Part shown: positions 7,418-14,564 of the stretch, piece by piece
Layout of the letters: the number at the start of each line of letters is the position of its first letter
Numbering within the stretch: the stretch's first letter is position 1
Origin: an uncultured virus (IMG/VR IMGVR_UViG_3300033068_001325)
Taxonomy: Duplodnaviria; Heunggongvirae; Uroviricota; Caudoviricetes
Virus record (IMG/VR): IMGVR_UViG_3300033068_001325
Direction: 5' to 3' (one strand)
Length of the DNA stretch: 20,000 nucleotides
Notes under the pieces: generated by a model
Seen by the model: only the letters and a program-made list of their open reading frames with translations
Told to the model about the DNA's origin: nothing
Database searches by the model: none
Position numbers and translations under genes: made by a program

Positions 7418-8045
7418 CGCTATCGTCAACGAACAGCCTCGCCGCCGCCCTCTCTGTTGCCCTGGTCGGCGCCGTCGGCTCGTCAAACATCTTCGGCGAA
7501 TCGATGCCGCGCTTTCCGCGAGATTTCCCCTCCGTCTCCGCATACCACGCGGCAATCAGGAAGGCCTCGGCACGCTGATGGTCTTTTTTGCGCGCGAGAA
7601 AGGGCGCAATCTGCGGATAGCGGCGAATGGCCAGCTGCCGCGCGGGCTCCTTGCCGGCATCGCCTCCGGGCAAATTGAAATGGCGCTTCCACACGGCCGG
7701 CATGACGACGTGCTGCAGCGGGATTCCGAGACACGCCACTACCGCCTTGATCGCGTACCAGCCGCCGCCGAACTTGAATGTCGACGCCACGCCCATGTCG
7801 CGACGCTCTCCGGTGCGCGGGTCCGGAATCGACGGCATCGCCATCGCACGCTCAAGCACCACAAAATCAGGCTTCAGCGCGTACAGCCGATCGCGCAGCG
7901 CAACGTAGTTGAGCTCTCGGTTTGCCTTCTCGCCCATGGTTGGCAAGTCGAAGATACCGTCAGGGGTGGTGGGGACGGTGCTATCCGGCAGGAAGAGCGC
8001 GCACGCACCCTCAATGCCAGGGTCGATCCCGACAATCCGTCGCAT
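7401..8045 (-). CDS. RuvC-like Holliday junction resolvase (phage/MOC1-type)
   Basis: IVGIDPG catalytic motif, VVLE, FKFG, P..WK..F.L, D..RAEAFLIA. Confidence 0.88.
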   Translation of the reverse strand: MRRIVGIDPGIEGACALFLPDSTVPTTPDGIFDLPTMGEKANRELNYVALRDRLYALKPDFVVLERAMAMPSIPDPRTGERRDMGVASTFKFGGGWYAIKAVVACLGIPLQHVVMPAVWKRHFNLPGGDAGKEPARQLAIRRYPQIAPFLARKKDHQRAEAFLIAAWYAETEGKSRGKRGIDSPKMFDEPTAPTRATERAAARLFVDDSDDIPE

Positions 8046-8060
8046 CTGAAACTCTCGTTG

Positions 8061-8618
8061 CTAGTGCTTGGTGTCGTCAGTTCCGCGACCGATCTGATTG
8101 AGGTTCCCCTCATCTGGCCGGGGCGAAACCCCAGCTTTGTCGGCCAAAGCCCGTACATGCTCTGAAGCACTGGCGCCAGGTTGGCGCAGATGACGCGGCC
8201 GGGGATCTTCTTCACCGTCCTCATCGAGCTCCCGTGGGGGCTCTTCAGTGCCAGCGCCGATTGGACCCGTAGGCAACAACCGACCCTGCAGGTTGGCCAG
8301 CTCGTCGAGCTTGAAATGCTTCCGATAATGATCGAAGTGCGCGAGATACTGCGCCAGCTTTTCTGCTGCGATAGACTCGTTTTTCGCAGACTTCACACCA
8401 TCATGGAGATCCTTCGCCAGCTTGAATGGCTTCGGAAGAAGATGCCCCTTCACCGCCGCTTCGCGCGACTCGCCCAACTCCTTCTTCGCGTCGTCGATCA
8501 CGTCGGATGCAGTGTCGACAGCGCTGTTGAAGGCGCGCACCGTCCCGGCGGACGGCAATCTGATTTCCTTGCCTGTGGGCTCTGCGCCGTCGGCCGTCGT
8601 GGTTTTTTTACCTGCCAT
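8061..8618 (-). CDS. Helical protein, possibly a distant GapR (DUF2312)-like nucleoid-associated protein
   Basis: First gene of the leftward operon, GGGGG SD; helix pattern IDDAKKELGESREAAVKGHLLPKPFKLAKDL...FDHYRKHFKL parallels GapR spacing; acidic/disordered tail. Confidence 0.55.
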   Translation of the reverse strand: MAGKKTTTADGAEPTGKEIRLPSAGTVRAFNSAVDTASDVIDDAKKELGESREAAVKGHLLPKPFKLAKDLHDGVKSAKNESIAAEKLAQYLAHFDHYRKHFKLDELANLQGRLLPTGPIGAGTEEPPRELDEDGEEDPRPRHLRQPGASASEHVRALADKAGVSPRPDEGNLNQIGRGTDDTKH

Positions 8619-8889
8619 GGGAACCCCCGAATTGTGTTGGCGGTCCCCGACCGCGACAATCGGGGACCGCCGTAGCCTGCAAACACCGAGCCTGGACAGA
8701 CGGCGTTGCGGCTAGCTGGAAAATTCAGGAAGGTGTCCAGGCCTTCACCGCGGAATCAGTGCCGACAAGTTGGCTGTCGATTGCCGGTTCGTCAACCGTC
8801 ATCATTTTGAACTGGAAGAAGCGGGTACGAAACTGAGAGGCGGGGACGAAGTCCCGCCCTCTACCTCCACAGACTCGGTGCTGCGCGCG
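8619..8889 (-). ncRNA. Structured 5' leader / candidate cis-regulatory RNA
   Basis: Hairpins at 8836-8862, 8729-8746, 8673-8714 and 8639-8671; G-U pairs in the last two favour the minus strand; loops CCUGGACA and UGUCCAGG are complementary. Confidence 0.5.
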
Positions 8890-8895
8890 AGGCTT

Positions 8896-8924
8896 CGCAT
8901 ACCGGTGAGGGAAAAATTCGTCAA
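8896..8924 (-). promoter_or_regulatory. Leftward sigma70-type promoter
   Basis: TTGACG (8924-8919) - 17 bp - TATGCG (8901-8896) on the minus strand. Confidence 0.6.
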
Positions 8925-8934
8925 TGCGCCGCTT

Positions 8935-8973
8935 GGGTACGCGCAGCGGGTACGCGAGCGCGAGCACGGGTAC
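8935..8973. repeat. GGGTAC(GCG) direct repeats upstream of the leftward promoter
   Basis: GGGTACGCG at 8935-8943 and 8948-8956, GGGTAC at 8968-8973; also CGGGTACG at 8822-8829. Same core as the 311-355 tandem repeat. Confidence 0.75.
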
Positions 8974-9102
8974 ATGATGCGTAAAAAACATTCGTGATTT
9001 CAATCGGTTTGTTTTTTCGTACCGGCGCGTCCAGATTTTTTATCCACCCCCTGTTGGAAACTCGCTCAACCGGGTCTTGGGGCAGCTTGGGAAAAATCAG
9101 GA

Positions 9103-9160
9103 TGGACAACTAACTAAACCCACGGTATAGCTGCTGGCGTTCCAAGCGGAAGGGAAGCCC
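9103..9160 (+). promoter_or_regulatory. Rightward promoter/operator/RBS cassette 1
   Basis: TGGACA (9103-9108) - 17 bp - TATAGC (9126-9131); palindrome CTAAACC-CAC-GGTATAG (9114-9130); GGAAGGGAAGCCC (9148-9160). Confidence 0.8.
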
Positions 9161-9162
9161 GG

Positions 9163-10512
9163 GTGAACGCACAGACACTTCACAACTTCAGCACTCCTGC
9201 GCTTCAGCGCAGCCTGCCCGACGTGGTCGCCGAGTATGATTTGAAGCTTGCCGGGATCGCAGAGGCCGAGAAGGCTTTCGAGCGTGCCGGCGACGCCCTG
9301 AAGATGGCTTGCACGGTCGGGGGCACATTCGGGGACGTCACGATCGACACTGGACGCAACTACACAAGCTCTCTGAAGCTCTGCCTATTACGTTCCGCGT
9401 GGAAGCATATTTATGAGGGCCTTCCAATCGAACGCATTGCTAGCGCGGAAGACAAACGTAAGTGGCAGACGGCTCTCGAGAAGCCTGCTCCCTTCACCCT
9501 TGAGAATATTAGGGCAACTTTCGGGAAGTATATTCTCGATCCGCGCGGCAACATCCTACGCGGACTTGCTGAGGTTTTCTGTCAACTGGATCAGGCATTC
9601 AAGAGCCACGACAAGGTCAAGATTGGCGTGAAGGGCCTACCGAAGCGCATCATTGTCGGCAGTGTTGGAGGTTGGGGTTCATACGGTCGCGACAAGCTGC
9701 GCGATATGTTCAATGCGCTGGCTGCATACCAGGGAAAGCCACTTATCGACCACAAGGAATTTACCGAACTCGATGCGATGCACACCGGCTTCGGACACAA
9801 GTCCGGCGTGGTGACGATACGCGGCATCACCGTGAAGAAGTATCAGAACGGCAATGCGCACGTCATGTTCGACAATCGGTCGCTACGCGACGTCAACAAG
9901 GCGCTTGCCGAATTCTACGGCGACGTGCTGCCCGACACCACTGATGAAAAGCCCGCGAAGCCGAAGGCCTCGACGGCCGTTGCCAAGGATCTGCAGTTTT
10001 ACGCCACGCCGGCAAAACTGGCGCATGACATCATTAGCCATCGCTTCAGCTGCCAGGGCCTAGCCGGCAAGCGCGTTCTCGAGCCGAGCTGCGGAGATGG
10101 TCGCCTGATGGAGGCGCTGAGAGAACATGGAGCCACCAATATCTTCGGCGTCGAGGTTGACGCCGGGCGAGCAGCACAGGCGCGCGCCAAGGGATTCCGG
10201 GTGCTGCTAGGAAACTTCCTCGAAACCGCTTTCGATCACGCCTTCGACGTCATTGCCATGAACCCGCCGTTCTATGGCAAGCATTATGCGAAGCACGTTT
10301 TACACGCATGGTCGCTGCTGGCGCCCGGCGGCACTTTGATTGCCATTCTGCCGGCGACGGCGCGCTACGACCATGGCCTGCTCGACGAATTGGTGAAGAG
10401 CGCTTCGCATCGCTACAGCTGGCCGTGGGACGACTTGCCGGTGGGGTCGTTCAGCGAAAGCGGCACCAACATCAACACCACCGTTCTGACCTTACACAAG
10501 CTGAAAGGGTAG
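9163..10512 (+). CDS. DUF4942-like domain fused to a C-terminal N6-adenine DNA methyltransferase
   Basis: C-term FYATP, VLEPSCGDG (SAM binding), MNPPF (catalytic), LIAILP, FSESGTNINT; N-term PF...NI.ATF...KRII...KKYQNGNAHV.F...VNKALAEFYG resembles DUF4942. Confidence 0.85.
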   Translation: MNAQTLHNFSTPALQRSLPDVVAEYDLKLAGIAEAEKAFERAGDALKMACTVGGTFGDVTIDTGRNYTSSLKLCLLRSAWKHIYEGLPIERIASAEDKRKWQTALEKPAPFTLENIRATFGKYILDPRGNILRGLAEVFCQLDQAFKSHDKVKIGVKGLPKRIIVGSVGGWGSYGRDKLRDMFNALAAYQGKPLIDHKEFTELDAMHTGFGHKSGVVTIRGITVKKYQNGNAHVMFDNRSLRDVNKALAEFYGDVLPDTTDEKPAKPKASTAVAKDLQFYATPAKLAHDIISHRFSCQGLAGKRVLEPSCGDGRLMEALREHGATNIFGVEVDAGRAAQARAKGFRVLLGNFLETAFDHAFDVIAMNPPFYGKHYAKHVLHAWSLLAPGGTLIAILPATARYDHGLLDELVKSASHRYSWPWDDLPVGSFSESGTNINTTVLTLHKLKG

Positions 10513-10516
10513 TCCG

Positions 10517-10750
10517 ATGCCTGCGCTCGTCATCACGCATGATACTGTTACGACCAAAACCATGAGCCTTGATGGAGCTGAAATTTGCGAGCTGCTACGC
10601 CGAGCTGGTCACAGCGTCCCGCTTCATGGGGTTGAAGTAACCGTGAGAGTGCCGGGAGGAGGAGACTGGTCGAATGCCAAGCTGGAAATTGGCGCCGATA
10701 CACTTGTGTCGGTGTCGTGGACAGAAAAGAGCAAAACCCATGGCGCCTGA
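10517..10750 (+). CDS. Hypothetical protein (77 aa)
   Basis: AAGGG SD, 4 nt after the MTase stop, protein-like. Confidence 0.7.
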   Translation: MPALVITHDTVTTKTMSLDGAEICELLRRAGHSVPLHGVEVTVRVPGGGDWSNAKLEIGADTLVSVSWTEKSKTHGA

Positions 10751-10952
10751 CAAAAAAACAACTGATCGCGGCGTCGTCGACAGCATCCGCGTATTGCGTG
10801 AGCGTCGCTACTATGAACGCGGCGCCGGAGCAAAGTTGCCTCCGAAGCCGGATATTGACCAGCTGCGCGCGGCAGTCGCAGCAGTCCCGCCGACGAAGTC
10901 GAAGGCGCAAAAGAAAGCTGCCAAGAAAAGGAAGTCCAATGCCCGACGCTGA
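10740..10952 (+). CDS. Small basic protein with Lys/Ala-rich C-terminal tail (70 aa)
   Basis: ATG 10740 (MAPDKKTTDRG...KSKAQKKAAKKRKSNARR), short overlaps with neighbours. Confidence 0.6.
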   Translation: MAPDKKTTDRGVVDSIRVLRERRYYERGAGAKLPPKPDIDQLRAAVAAVPPTKSKAQKKAAKKRKSNARR

Positions 10953-11142
10953 CAGCACTTACACCCCGGAGCGCATCCGCGACATTTCCGTGCGAATTTA
11001 CAAGATCCTGCTCGGGCCTGGAGAGGCAGAACGCATGATCGAAAAAGACAAGGACGGCGGCAAGAAGCTGCGTGGGCGCGCCGCCATCTACGACAAGCAC
11101 ACCATAGCCTATCTTGAAGTGCTGGGCCTGAAAGACAGCTGA
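10939..11142 (+). CDS. Hypothetical protein (67 aa)
   Basis: AAGGAAG SD then ATG 10939 (MPDADSTYTPERIRDIS...). Confidence 0.7.
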   Translation: MPDADSTYTPERIRDISVRIYKILLGPGEAERMIEKDKDGGKKLRGRAAIYDKHTIAYLEVLGLKDS

Positions 11143-11171
11143 CTAAAAACCCAGGAAAGGAAGCCGCGACC

Positions 11172-12455
11172 ATGAAAGCAGACGTCCCCATGCAATACCG
11201 GCTCATTGAAGTGCGAGCCCACAACGTCAAGGCCCTGAAGGCCGTGGCCATCAAGGTCGACGGCAAGCCGGTCTTCAAGATCAGCGGCCGCAACGGCCAG
11301 GGCAAGAGCTCCGTTCTCGATGCTGTGGCGATGGCGATCGCCGGGCCCGCGGCGTTTCCAGCGCGGCCCATCCGCGCCGGCGAAAGCGAGGCAGAAGTCT
11401 TTCTGGATTTCACCGACCTGAAGCTGACGCGCAAGATTATTGCGAAGGAAGGCGGCGCCGGCGTGACGCACACGCTGAAGCTGGACTTCCGCGATGGTCG
11501 ACGTCCGAAGGAAAAGCAGACGGTGCTCGACGAGCTGCGCGGTTCGCCGATCGCCGACGATCCGCTGGAATTTGCCACCATGAAGCCGAAAGAGCGCCTC
11601 GACCTGGTGAAGAACTTGGTGCCGGACTTCGACTTCGATGACAACGCTGCTCAGCGCCGCGAGCTCTTCGAAGAGCGTACCACCACCGGCCGCTTGCGTG
11701 ACCGTGCCGTCGGCGCTGCAGCCTCCATCATTGTGCCCCCCGACGCGCCGCTGGCGCCGATCGACATATCGGCTACCACCCAGGAGCTGCTCGACGCGCA
11801 GGAATATAACCGTGGTCTCGATCGACAACGACGCACCAGGGAGGAGATGGCCGACTCGATCGAGGGTAAGCGCGACGAGCTCGAGCAGCTTGGCGCCAGA
11901 ATTCGCGAGCTCAACAAGCAGATCGCCGACGAGGAAGCCGCGCTGCACGCGCTGAAGCCGCTCGGCGAGCCGAAGGATACTGCGGCGATCGAGGAACGCC
12001 TGCGCAATGCGCAGTCCCACAATGCCGCGGCCGCCAAGCGCTCCGATCGCCTGAAGGCCGACAGCGAGGCTGCAACGCTGTCAAGTAAATACGAAGAACT
12101 GACAAGCCAAATCGAGGCCCTCGACAAGCAGAAGGTCGACGCGATCGCGTCTGCCAAATTCCCTGTACCGGAACTCGCCATCGGTGACGACGATGTTCTG
12201 CTCGACAATCTGCCATTCGAGCTGGCGTCGACCGCGCGCAAGATTCGTGTATCGACCAGGCTGCTGATGGCCATGAAGCCGGATCTGCGCGTGCTTCTGG
12301 TGCGCGAAGGCTCACTGCTCGACGATGATTCCCGCGAGGCTCTCGAGGCCGATGCCAAAGAGCACGGCTTTGTGGTGCTCATGGAATGCGTCGGCGACGA
12401 TATCGCCGGCGGCGGTGTCGTGATCGAAAATGGGGAGGTTGTCGACAATGGGTGA
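11172..12455 (+). CDS. SMC/SbcC-like coiled-coil ABC-type ATPase
   Basis: N-terminal Walker A GRNGQGKSS, central coiled coil, C-terminal degenerate signature (ASTAR) and Walker B/D-loop (LLVREGSLLD). Confidence 0.85.
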   Translation: MKADVPMQYRLIEVRAHNVKALKAVAIKVDGKPVFKISGRNGQGKSSVLDAVAMAIAGPAAFPARPIRAGESEAEVFLDFTDLKLTRKIIAKEGGAGVTHTLKLDFRDGRRPKEKQTVLDELRGSPIADDPLEFATMKPKERLDLVKNLVPDFDFDDNAAQRRELFEERTTTGRLRDRAVGAAASIIVPPDAPLAPIDISATTQELLDAQEYNRGLDRQRRTREEMADSIEGKRDELEQLGARIRELNKQIADEEAALHALKPLGEPKDTAAIEERLRNAQSHNAAAAKRSDRLKADSEAATLSSKYEELTSQIEALDKQKVDAIASAKFPVPELAIGDDDVLLDNLPFELASTARKIRVSTRLLMAMKPDLRVLLVREGSLLDDDSREALEADAKEHGFVVLMECVGDDIAGGGVVIENGEVVDNG

Positions 12456-12636
12456 CGGTATGGAGCAGGACTGCCATGCACACTTCTCGGGCCCAGCAGA
12501 CCCGGAACGGGTCGCGCTGGTGTCGATCGCCATCAGCCTGAAGCGAATCGCCGACGCGCTTCACTTTCAGGAACGCGGCAAAAACTTCTACGATCTGGTG
12601 AGCGACATCCGCTACAACACGAGGGGGGCGCCATGA
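12448..12636 (+). CDS. Hypothetical protein with SIAISLKRIAD motif
   Basis: GGGGAGG SD before ATG 12448; ATGA overlap with the next gene. Confidence 0.65.
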   Translation: MGDGMEQDCHAHFSGPADPERVALVSIAISLKRIADALHFQERGKNFYDLVSDIRYNTRGAP

Positions 12637-12878
12637 TTCCACACAACAATCCAGCCGCCGGTTTCCGGCTGAAAGAAGAAGATGCCGATTTACTGCTGAA
12701 GCTGACGCCGGCGGAAGCCTCGCTGATTCTCGATCGGCACAAACGCAAGCTGGACTACGGAGCCATCGCCCGGGAAAGATCACTGCCCCTTGGGACCGTC
12801 AAGAGCGGCTTGCACCGGGCTCTGACGAAACTGTTGAAACTGCGCATTGCGGCACAAAATTCGGTGCAGAACCCATGA
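12633..12878 (+). CDS. Stand-alone sigma70 region 4 (ECF-type) HTH protein
   Basis: LLKLTPAEASLI...LDYGAIARERSLPLGTVKSGLHRALTKL matches ECF sigma region 4.2 (..SY.EIA..LG.P.GTVKSRL.RA); no region 2. Confidence 0.8.
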   Translation: MIPHNNPAAGFRLKEEDADLLLKLTPAEASLILDRHKRKLDYGAIARERSLPLGTVKSGLHRALTKLLKLRIAAQNSVQNP

Positions 12879-12891
12879 TTGCACCTTCCGG

Positions 12892-12934
12892 CCTCCTCGC
12901 GACTCTGTTCTATGCGCTTCCTTTCGCGAGGAGG
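12892..12934 (+). promoter_or_regulatory. Anti-Shine-Dalgarno hairpin
   Basis: CCTCCTCGCGA (12892-12902) is the exact reverse complement of TCGCGAGGAGG (12924-12934), which contains the SD of the 12942 gene. Confidence 0.7.
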
Positions 12935-12941
12935 AACGCGG

Positions 12942-13136
12942 ATGTCGGACTCTACTCAAATTCTGGAAAGCTTGATCGACGCGTTGCCCGAAGAGGCAGA
13001 TGCGCGCGCCGAGCTCGTCGCTCTTGGATCGGCAGCTTCCCTTATCATCGGCACCATGCCGGAGGAGGCGCGCGCCGATCTCGTCGAGTGCTTTTGCGAT
13101 ACCTTGCGCAAGGGCGTGCAGGCAGGACTCAACTGA
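12942..13136 (+). CDS. Small acidic helical protein (64 aa)
   Basis: GAGGAGG SD, ATG 12942 (MSDSTQILESLIDALPEE...). Confidence 0.75.
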   Translation: MSDSTQILESLIDALPEEADARAELVALGSAASLIIGTMPEEARADLVECFCDTLRKGVQAGLN

Positions 13137-13264
13137 TGCTGGATTCCGATAGAAAGCGCGCCAGAAGGAATCGCCAGGACGTTGAAGCTTCGCTGCACAT
13201 CTTTGTTGTCGGGTTGCTGCTGGTGGCTGCTTTTTGTTTCTACATGGTGGCCACCAGTGGATGA
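13136..13264 (+). CDS. Small single-pass membrane protein (42 aa)
   Basis: TGATG coupling; basic N-term then hydrophobic LHIFVVGLLLVAAFCFYMVA. Confidence 0.65.
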   Translation: MLDSDRKRARRNRQDVEASLHIFVVGLLLVAAFCFYMVATSG

Positions 13265-13568
13265 TGAGTACACGAAGATTGTGCGCCGCGCTGCGCAGCT
13301 GGGGCTGCAGTCTTTGCTGATGCTTCCCGCGCAGGGAAGAATCGAGGCCGTCTTCATGATGCTGAAGGGCATCATCATGACCGACGTAAAGCCAGAGAAG
13401 AGACTCGACATCTTCAACGAATATGTCGATGGAGCGCGCGACGAAATTGTCAGCGATTTGAACCAAGCAGAGGGAGTGCACGATGGCAGTCGTGACGGAC
13501 GCCGAGATCGGAAAACTGGTGCGCGAAAAAAGGCTGGCAAAAGAAATGGGGCAACCGGAGCTCGCTGA
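13257..13568 (+). CDS. Hypothetical protein
   Basis: GTG 13257 (MDDEYTKIVRRAAQLG...); the C-terminal tail overlaps the XRE gene by 86 nt. Confidence 0.6.
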   Translation: MDDEYTKIVRRAAQLGLQSLLMLPAQGRIEAVFMMLKGIIMTDVKPEKRLDIFNEYVDGARDEIVSDLNQAEGVHDGSRDGRRDRKTGARKKAGKRNGATGAR

Positions 13569-13692
13569 AGCACTCGGGGTTTCTCCCATGATGGTGCAGC
13601 ACTATGAGACCGGCAGGAATCCGCTGACGGTGGTCAAGCTGTCGGTCATCGCCACAAAGCTGCGGTGCAAGATCACGGATCTGATACCGTAA
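13483..13692 (+). CDS. XRE/Cro-CI family helix-turn-helix regulator (69 aa)
   Basis: IGKLVREKRLAKEMGQPELAEALGVSPMMVQHYETGRN...IATKLRC..TDL; GAGGGAG SD. Confidence 0.92.
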   Translation: MAVVTDAEIGKLVREKRLAKEMGQPELAEALGVSPMMVQHYETGRNPLTVVKLSVIATKLRCKITDLIP

Positions 13693-13711
13693 AAACGAAA
13701 GGGAGAACGGC

Positions 13712-13903
13712 ATGGAGATCGGGAAGTATTATTGGGTGCTCGTGCGATCGAGCAAGAAGGATCCTGAATGGCAGCCGGCACGATTCACCGGTGTTGCTGG
13801 CGATGGCGTCGGCATGACGTGGGACTTCATCGGCTTCAACAGCGATGTCGGTCACCACTTCGTCGAAGTGGTCGAGGTCGGGAGGGCGGTCCAGCCGTGG
13901 TGA
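13712..13903 (+). CDS. Hypothetical beta-rich protein (63 aa)
   Basis: AAGGGAG SD; MEIGKYYWV...WQPARF. Confidence 0.75.
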   Translation: MEIGKYYWVLVRSSKKDPEWQPARFTGVAGDGVGMTWDFIGFNSDVGHHFVEVVEVGRAVQPW

Positions 13904-14094
13904 GCAGCGTCGAGCACTACGTCAACATCTTCACCGGAGAATCGACGGAGACTATCCACGAGGCGCTCGACGCACTGCAGGCGATCGAGCCTGTCGACGA
14001 GAAGCACGCCGCGAAGATCATCGCCATCCGCCAGGGTCTGCTGCGCAAACTCGACGAGGCCGCCGGACTGCTCATGCAAGGGAGCCTGTTCTGA
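13900..14094 (+). CDS. Small helical protein ending in QGSLF (possible sliding-clamp-binding motif)
   Basis: GTGA overlap at the start, TGATG at the end; MSSVEHYVNIF...LMQGSLF*. Confidence 0.7.
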   Translation: MSSVEHYVNIFTGESTETIHEALDALQAIEPVDEKHAAKIIAIRQGLLRKLDEAAGLLMQGSLF

Positions 14095-14492
14095 TGGTCG
14101 CCTACGGCTTCAAGAAGCAATTTGTCGACGCTATCCGCTCCGGTCTCGGCAACTACGAGCACATTGACGGAATGATTCCGGCGCCGAAGCGACAGACCAT
14201 CCGCGCGATCGGCAAGCGCCGGCACGCGCGGCCTGATGAGGTACTGCAGCTCTACACCGCGATGCGCACCAAGCAATGCCAGAAAATTGGCGACGCTACA
14301 TGCGTCTATGTGCAGCCGATCGTCATCGACGTCTTGAAGGCCAAACTGAAGTTTTCCAGCTTCGTCACCGACCCCGAGGCTTTTGCGCGCGCCGACGGCT
14401 TTGCCACTGCGGCCGACATGCACGCCTTCTGGCTGAAAGAGCACGGGCTCGGCAAATTCGAAGGCGTCCTAATCAAGTGGAAGCCGCAATGA
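14094..14492 (+). CDS. ASCH (PUA-like) domain protein
   Basis: F...F.DAI.SG...KRQTIR...LQLY..MRTK.C..IG...FARADGF....M..FW...VLIKW; start at ATG 14094 (TGATG). Confidence 0.8.
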   Translation: MVAYGFKKQFVDAIRSGLGNYEHIDGMIPAPKRQTIRAIGKRRHARPDEVLQLYTAMRTKQCQKIGDATCVYVQPIVIDVLKAKLKFSSFVTDPEAFARADGFATAADMHAFWLKEHGLGKFEGVLIKWKPQ

Positions 14493-14498
14493 TGCGGA

Positions 14499-14564
14499 TG
14501 GACAGGTGACTAAACCTAGAGTATAGGCGTCAATCACATAACTGACGTAATGGAAGGGAAGCCC
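14499..14564 (+). promoter_or_regulatory. Rightward promoter/operator/RBS cassette 2
   Basis: TGGACA (14499-14504) - 17 bp - TATAGG (14522-14527); palindrome CTAAACC-TAG-AGTATAG (14510-14526); GTCAATCACA (14529-14538); GGAAGGGAAGCCC (14552-14564). Confidence 0.8.

Noticed and set aside
8700..8870. tRNA or hammerhead ribozyme in the control region
   Set aside because: No cloverleaf of proper length or TTCRA T-loop; CTGAGAG and GAAA are not arranged with the stems a hammerhead core needs.
8725..9003. 92-aa minus ORF (and plus ORF 8770-8997) as a cro/cI candidate
   Set aside because: No HTH pattern, TTG starts, and they span promoter boxes, repeats and hairpins.
380..10512. Restriction-modification system made of the HNH nuclease and an MTase
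   Set aside because: The genes are unlinked and in separate transcription units; the nuclease looks like a free-standing EndoVII-type homing enzyme.
13483..13692. Classical CI repressor
   Set aside because: Only 69 aa, no S24 peptidase domain, and mid-operon rather than at the divergent switch; kept only as a candidate operator binder.
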